Virus record (IMG/VR): IMGVR_UViG_3300028569_000044
Span: 1 to 54,199 of that record
Strand: one strand, 5' to 3'
From: an uncultured virus (IMG/VR IMGVR_UViG_3300028569_000044)
Lineage: Duplodnaviria; Heunggongvirae; Uroviricota; Caudoviricetes
DNA: 54,199 bases
Each line of letters starts with the position of its first letter. The stretch's first letter is position 1. A program made the position numbers and the translations under genes. The notes below the pieces were generated by a model that made no database searches, was not told where the DNA came from, and was given only the letters and a program-made list of their open reading frames with translations. This document shows, piece after piece, positions 48,650 through 54,199 of this stretch.

Positions 48650-49943
48650 TTGGAGGAATTCTCACTATGATCTCAATATATAACCTCCACATTACTTTGT
48701 CAAACATAAAATTATTTTCATTATTTTTCACTTTTTGTATTTAAAATATATACTTATATGAAGTGATAACATATAATACACAACTTTTAATGAAAAATCA
48801 AGAAGACTTTGATAGTTTAAAGTCAATTCTTGAAATGCATAGAGTTGTATTTAACTTTGCTTCACAACTCCAATTCAAAGAAACAAAAAATAGTTTAGTA
48901 GTTTTACATTCTAAAGTATATAATAACATTCGTAAACAATATTCAAATATACCATCTCAAGTTATCATTAAAGCAGAACAAGAATGTTTATCAAGTTATA
49001 AATCTACAAAGTCAAATAAACATAAATTAAAAAAATCAATTGAAAAGAAAAATCTTTCAATGCGGTTGGATAAAAGACTTTATTCAAAAAACAAAAGTGA
49101 TAAATATTCAATTCGTATAACCACCACTTCTGGAAGACAATCTTTTAAATTTGTAGTATATCCAAAACTAAAAGAATTATTGGACAAGTATGAATATACA
49201 GATCCTCTAATTTATGAAAATGATGGTAAATTATTTATATCATTTACATTTGATAATAAACCCAACGAACAATTAAAACAAAAACTAGCATTAGGAGTTG
49301 ATATTGGCATTCGTAGAAATGTCGCTTGTAGTGATGGTAGAATAGTCATTGATAGAAAATTCAACGGGGATAAACGCAAACTTCGTCATCTAAAAGATAA
49401 TCTCAAGTCTAAAGGCACCAAAAGTGCTAGAAGACATCTTGGTAAATTAAGACATAAAGAAGCTAACAAAAATAGAAATCAAACTCATTTAATAGCTAAT
49501 TTAGTATTAAAAACAGAAGCAGATACTATTGTATTAGAAAATTTAAATGGTATAAAGAAAAAGAAACATAAATATCAAAATAAGCGTTCAATTGGACAAG
49601 TGCCAATGTTTGAACTTCGTAGAGTAATATCCTATAAGGCGGAGAACCTTGGTAAATCGGTTCTACTAGTTCGCCCTTATTATACATCACAGATTGATAG
49701 TGTTACTGGCAATCGTGATGGAGAAAGAAGAGGTTGTAGATTTTATTCTAAGAACGGACTTATTTATGATGCGGACATTAATGCAGCAATTAATATTGCT
49801 AAATTGTCCAAACTTCCCGTATCACAGACTAATTACCTGACTTATGGGCAGGCTGTTGTCAATCAGCCAATCGTATGTAAGCCCTCTGTTGCACAAACAG
49901 CGGCATTACAAGCCCCTATGGCTTTAGCCTAGGGGTTGTTGAC
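48650..49943 (+). mobile_element. tnpB-only (IS1341-like) derivative of the same IS200/IS605 family
   Basis: Right-end hairpin identical to 24193-24215; no tnpA; left boundary inferred. Confidence 0.75.
48763..49932 (+). CDS. tnpB: RNA-guided nuclease TnpB (paralog of 23049..24212)
   Basis: LGVDIG, IVLENL, YTSQ, DADINAAINI. Confidence 0.92.
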   Translation: MITYNTQLLMKNQEDFDSLKSILEMHRVVFNFASQLQFKETKNSLVVLHSKVYNNIRKQYSNIPSQVIIKAEQECLSSYKSTKSNKHKLKKSIEKKNLSMRLDKRLYSKNKSDKYSIRITTTSGRQSFKFVVYPKLKELLDKYEYTDPLIYENDGKLFISFTFDNKPNEQLKQKLALGVDIGIRRNVACSDGRIVIDRKFNGDKRKLRHLKDNLKSKGTKSARRHLGKLRHKEANKNRNQTHLIANLVLKTEADTIVLENLNGIKKKKHKYQNKRSIGQVPMFELRRVISYKAENLGKSVLLVRPYYTSQIDSVTGNRDGERRGCRFYSKNGLIYDADINAAINIAKLSKLPVSQTNYLTYGQAVVNQPIVCKPSVAQTAALQAPMALA

Positions 49944-50043
49944 AACTTTCTATTTGTCACTTCTAGTTGTAAGAAGTGTCTATATGTAATACGGAGAATT
50001 TTCCAAATTCTTTCAATTTTATTTCACTTTTTTTCTGGAATGT

Positions 50044-50748
50044 TTAAAACTTTCTTTCTTGTTCCATTCTGCGTAAACATTGTTCTGGTGTTTCATTGGG
50101 TAGAATATCATAACTACAAGCAATACAACCGCCTTTCCAACTACCAGCCTTTTCACCAACTTCTCCATTAAATGAAATATCAATATCGGTTCTAATATAT
50201 TTTTTCCACGGAAACCACTTCCATCCCCAAGTTCTTCTTTCAATACATTTGATTGTAGCAATTCTATTCTGAATAGAACCATTTTTCAACTTGTATGTAT
50301 AATTAAATGATTGATGTTTAATAGTTTTTTTGACTTCATATTCATCATCATATTTACCGCCTAACTTATAGCGGTTTTTATCTTCATTGGTAGTAGTATG
50401 TAATACATTGCGGTCAAAGTCAAGTATTTCCGTTGATTGCCATTTAAGCATCCACGGAAATTCAAATCTAATTCTGTGTTTACCCCAACCAAATACTACA
50501 TCATCATTCCAATTATATACATAAAAACCATACATCCATTCTTGATTAATATTCCAATTGTAATTGTTCTTTTCTTTTCCAATATGGATATAGGATTTAA
50601 ATAAGAATGGCAACTTAACAATTAATAAATTGTGGTCTTCACCATCTGTATATTGAAATGCTAAATCTTTACCGCCCCAATAAAATTCACCCCAACTGAA
50701 TCTATTTTCGTGTCTATGTCCTATCAGTTTTTTTATAAATGTCTTCAT
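50044..50748 (-). CDS. Conserved hypothetical phage protein
   Basis: F..EVGE.AGSWKGG......L..ETP.QCLRRME.ERKF. Confidence 0.6.
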   Translation of the reverse strand: MKTFIKKLIGHRHENRFSWGEFYWGGKDLAFQYTDGEDHNLLIVKLPFLFKSYIHIGKEKNNYNWNINQEWMYGFYVYNWNDDVVFGWGKHRIRFEFPWMLKWQSTEILDFDRNVLHTTTNEDKNRYKLGGKYDDEYEVKKTIKHQSFNYTYKLKNGSIQNRIATIKCIERRTWGWKWFPWKKYIRTDIDISFNGEVGEKAGSWKGGCIACSYDILPNETPEQCLRRMEQERKF

Positions 50749-50751
50749 ATA

Positions 50752-51457
50752 TTATTTTAATTTAGCGTCATCCCAACCTTGTAGAGCGTTATCATATTCG
50801 GTTGTTCTCATAGATATTGATGGAGGGTCAAGTAGTTTATACATAACATCACCAGCGTCAATTAGTTTTTGTATCTTTTTATTCAACCTTTCAATTTCTT
50901 TTTGAGTTTGTAACAAGTCACCATACATCTGCATTTTAACTGGGTCAGATGAATAGAAATTAGTATCTTTAGGTTCAATATTCACGGCTTGGCCTCCTTG
51001 GCTTCTCGCCATTGAATAGCGCATATAATAAATCTAGTGTTGGTTTGATCTAGGATATACTCATCCATCGCATCCCCCGCTTTCTCTAACCGCTTAATTT
51101 TTTCTAACGCATTGTTAAGTTCGTCTTCTAGCTCACGGGCTAGTGTAGAAAACTCCACATCAGGCTCAAGCTCTCCTGTTGTATCAGTTCTAAATCGTTC
51201 CCATACCGCATCAGTTCTTGGACTTTTTCTCATATATTTTTCTTGATTTTGTTCGTCTGTTTCTTCACTTTTCGGACATCACCATAATTATCAGAGTCTC
51301 GTAGAGATAACCACACATTAATGCTACCATCAATGTATTTACCATTATCAGGCGGAGAAACCTTTTTCACTTTTTTAATAGCTTTAGTCAAATTATCAGC
51401 CTCCACCTCCACATAACCATACATCTGCCACACAACACCAATCTTGTAAGTTCTCAT
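50752..51457 (-). other. Three small hypothetical ORFs (50752-51024, 50982-51233, 51230-51457)
   Basis: First two share KI..L..AGD.M....W..AK. Confidence 0.5.
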
Positions 51458-51491
51458 CCTGCATATATCCTACAGGATATCCGTGGGGAAG

Positions 51492-52283
51492 TCAAGACTT
51501 TTTTATTTTAATAATATATTCCTTTAATTCTTTTGCAATTAATTTATCAAGCGGAACATCTTTAAATATTTGTTTAATTTGCGCAATTGGCATATTTAAT
51601 TGTTTTTCTAGTCTAGCATACAATGTTTCCACATCTTTTGGTTCACTTCTTATAACATCTGATACAGATTTATCTAAAATGCCTTTGTTCATATGTAACT
51701 TTTTAGCTAATTCTAATCTAGCTTTTTCATAAGATGACAATTCTTTATCTGAAATGTTAAAGTAATCATTAAATGGTATTAATTTACTATAATATTCACG
51801 GGTAATATGGTCTTCTATAAGAACATTGTTAATATTAACACCCGCATCATTCAAAAAATCAATTAATTTGTTTTTATAATTAATTAATGTATTTTTACCC
51901 GCCCAAAATGTAAAATATTTATTAAAAAATAATCTACCACTACATTTCATATCAAAATATTGGTTAGAAGTATTTATTCTTTTGTTTTTAAACAATAATA
52001 AACCTAAATTTATATGAGATGGTTTTGAGTCAATCTTTTTAATAACTTTAATATTTCTTGTATCATTCAATATCTTTTCAACCTCTTTGTTTTCACACAA
52101 TATAGCTTTACCATTTTTTCTATATTTAGGATAAACATAAGCTACCCAATATTCTTTATTATCTATTTCATCATAATATACTAAAAATGTATGAGAAGCA
52201 GCATCACTTTTAAAGTCATAATTTTTGTCATCTATCTTAATAGTATCAGGATTCTCTAATAATATATCTATCAACTTAATCAT
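51492..52283 (-). CDS. Hypothetical protein (MIKLIDILLE N-terminus), possibly late-expressed
   Basis: 263 aa ORF preceded by TATTTATA. Confidence 0.6.
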   Translation of the reverse strand: MIKLIDILLENPDTIKIDDKNYDFKSDAASHTFLVYYDEIDNKEYWVAYVYPKYRKNGKAILCENKEVEKILNDTRNIKVIKKIDSKPSHINLGLLLFKNKRINTSNQYFDMKCSGRLFFNKYFTFWAGKNTLINYKNKLIDFLNDAGVNINNVLIEDHITREYYSKLIPFNDYFNISDKELSSYEKARLELAKKLHMNKGILDKSVSDVIRSEPKDVETLYARLEKQLNMPIAQIKQIFKDVPLDKLIAKELKEYIIKIKKS

Positions 52284-52307
52284 ATATGTTATAAATATAG
52301 AATATAA

Positions 52308-52562
52308 TTAAAGTTCTTTATTTTTGTTATAAGCAATCCAACCTCGTTCGTGGGCAAACAGAACATTCATTGATGCAGCTACACTTTTTAATTTATGGGG
52401 ATAATTTTTGACGGAGGGAATATTACAAAATTGATATTTAGTTTTACCATCAACAACTACTTGTTCTAACATTGCATTAGGTCCGTATTTTTGTTGTATA
52501 TAATTGTTTGCGTCAATTAAAGTGGTAATACTATTGGTATATGTTTTAAATTGCTGCGTCAT
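52308..52562 (-). CDS. Hypothetical protein
   Basis: 84 aa ORF. Confidence 0.5.
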   Translation of the reverse strand: MTQQFKTYTNSITTLIDANNYIQQKYGPNAMLEQVVVDGKTKYQFCNIPSVKNYPHKLKSVAASMNVLFAHERGWIAYNKNKEL

Positions 52563-52589
52563 AATATGCTATAAGTATTTTATTAAACT

Positions 52590-53128
52590 ACAGCGGTTTA
52601 TTTATATTTGAGCCGCCAGGCATACTTTGCAAGTATCATCTGCCGGATTTGAAACTAACTGAATACAATTCACCTATTGCTAGGTATGAATATGTATCAT
52701 AGTAGTTTCAATAATGTATATCTGCCGTCTGTAGGATATGGTCCCTGTCCTACACAGGTTCTATGCGCAACATAACAGAGTCTATTAACCATAGCTAATG
52801 CTATGCAACTCAATATTATCTATTACATCTATATGCGGAGGGAAGCGGCTACCTCTTTAACCTCACGGTGCGTCAATTCATAATTTATGAAAAGCATTTT
52901 TCACCAATGATAATATATTCTGATTATCTCTAATCAAGCCCGGTAATGTTTGTGTCAGGGAAAGCTTTTTAACTTTCTTGCTTTTTTGTGCTCTGTTGCG
53001 TGAGCTTTGGACTGGTCGGTCTGATTCAAGTATCTCCGGTTAACAAGATACAGGTCATTTTTTATTCTACCGCTCCAATTGTTTTTTACCCAATATGATG
53101 CCCTTCATCACAAAGTAAAAAAGTTACT
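52590..53128 (-). ncRNA. Candidate large structured ncRNA (~540 nt), family unassigned
   Basis: No ORF >=60 aa, raised GC, nested helices, GNRA-capped hairpins on - strand, TATTTATA motif immediately upstream. Confidence 0.65.
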
Positions 53129-53183
53129 GCATATAAATATCTAGCCGTCAACAAAAACAAAAATATATTTGAAAATAAAAAAG

Positions 53184-53212
53184 AAAAACCTCTTGTAGAA
53201 GGGCTACAAGAG
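53184..53212 (-). terminator. Rho-independent terminator upstream of the candidate ncRNA
   Basis: CCTCTTGTAG/CTACAAGAGG stem followed by long T tract on - strand. Confidence 0.7.
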
Positions 53213-53346
53213 GAAAGCTTTGGGGCTTTTTTAACCCTATCAGAGGGACTGATAGAGTAAAGATTAATAGTGGGCCTATCAATCTTTTAGAACAGGAAAT
53301 GAAGCCTGTAATATTAACTATATACAACTTAACAAAAGATACAATT

Positions 53347-53820
53347 TTATTTGTTGTATTCTTCACCAAAGACACAACTAATCACAACACTATTTTGAGG
53401 CCAATAATAAATTTCTTTATCATCTGTTGTAAAAATGTCTATTACTACACGCTTATAACCTTTATGCCAGAATTGGGGTTGACTTCCATTTATATAACAC
53501 TTTATATAACTAAGTGACTTATCTCTATCAAACAAATGTTTATCCATAAAAACTAAGTCGTCATTTATTTGATGTTTAAAAATTTGTTTATTTAGTTCAT
53601 CATTTTTAGCATAATACAAACCATTCTTATTACACCACTCCGTCATATCCTCATTGGAATAAAGACTGGTAGCACTTCTATAAGTCGTGGTTTCACTATT
53701 AAAAATGAAATCACGCTTTCTATAAAGCATATTCGTTTCTGGTTGCGTTGATATTGCACCAAACACTGCTACGGATGGCAATGCGAGTGCGGTTGATGTA
53801 ATAAATTTTCTGCGGTTCAT
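53347..53820 (-). CDS. Hypothetical protein with twin-arginine signal
   Basis: MNRRKFI + hydrophobic segment. Confidence 0.6.
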   Translation of the reverse strand: MNRRKFITSTALALPSVAVFGAISTQPETNMLYRKRDFIFNSETTTYRSATSLYSNEDMTEWCNKNGLYYAKNDELNKQIFKHQINDDLVFMDKHLFDRDKSLSYIKCYINGSQPQFWHKGYKRVVIDIFTTDDKEIYYWPQNSVVISCVFGEEYNK

Positions 53821-53993
53821 ATTATTTTACATATCAAAACTTCTGGAATAACCATCTAATGCTTCACTATATCCACTAAGCCAATAGTTCTCTTCATCTG
53901 AATCTTCTGGATATGGACATTTTGTTCCGTCATCATTATATCCAGCTTTATATCCCTCATTAAATGCTTGTTGTTGTTTTGTGGTCATATCAA

Positions 53994-54191
53994 TTAATGA
54001 ATCCAAGCGTTATCAAACATTGTCTTTAAATTATTATATTGTTGTTTTTGAAAATCAAATGCATTTTTATTATTAGTCTTATTTTCAAGCTTGCGTCGGT
54101 CAGCTTTTTCTCTAAAAACCATAATATCTAGCAAATCCAAATCTTTTTCAGATAAGTTACTTAACTTTTCTTTTGTCTTTTTAATGTCCAT
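53994..54191 (-). CDS. Hypothetical protein
   Basis: 65 aa ORF. Confidence 0.45.
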   Translation of the reverse strand: MDIKKTKEKLSNLSEKDLDLLDIMVFREKADRRKLENKTNNKNAFDFQKQQYNNLKTMFDNAWIH

Positions 54192-54199
54192 ATCAATTC

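Noticed and set aside
52590-53128. tmRNA, RNase P RNA, tRNA cluster or group I/II intron
   Set aside because: I could not find tRNA-like ends or T-loops, the RNase P GAGGAAAGUCC motif, intron core motifs or interrupted flanking exons by eye; not excluded without a covariance search
2674-53517. Many short ORF-track entries antisense to or nested in clear genes (e.g. 2674, 6711, 10999, 12720, 14162, 26111, 39338, 44088, 46185, 53299)
   Set aside because: Shadow ORFs with no motifs, overlapping better-supported genes
1-54199. Stop-codon reassignment
   Set aside because: Known genes (thyA, DHFR, ligase, tnpB) are full length in the standard code and TAA, TAG and TGA all end genes

Overview
AT-rich segment of what is very probably a large (jumbo-type) tailed phage genome. 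It holds the 3' end of a + strand tail/virion-decoration module (1-5.9 kb: tail fibre with S74-type chaperone, Ig protein, sulfotransferase, glycosyltransferases), then about 48 kb of mostly - strand early/middle genes: a split-intein DNA ligase, deaminases, thyA, DHFR, APS kinase, HesB/ErpA, Pth2, YopX paralogs and many small ORFs. These are interrupted by eight free-standing endonuclease genes and two TnpB elements. Four things stand out. (1) Behind a DUF6745-like gene and its partner lies a chain of eight Gln-Leu-x-x repeat micro-ORFs, each overlapping the next by exactly 29 nt; this is the repeat module that DUF6745-like proteins usually carry internally and that is missing here. (2) Several endonuclease genes sit inside the terminus of a neighbouring gene, with a recoded replacement terminus on one side and the orphaned old terminus on the other. 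(3) Three GIY-YIG genes are overlapped by a conserved 'MGRK' leader ORF in the same relative frame. (4) A ~540 nt ORF-free, highly structured candidate ncRNA lies at 52.6-53.1 kb. All family assignments are from motif recognition by eye; no database search was run.
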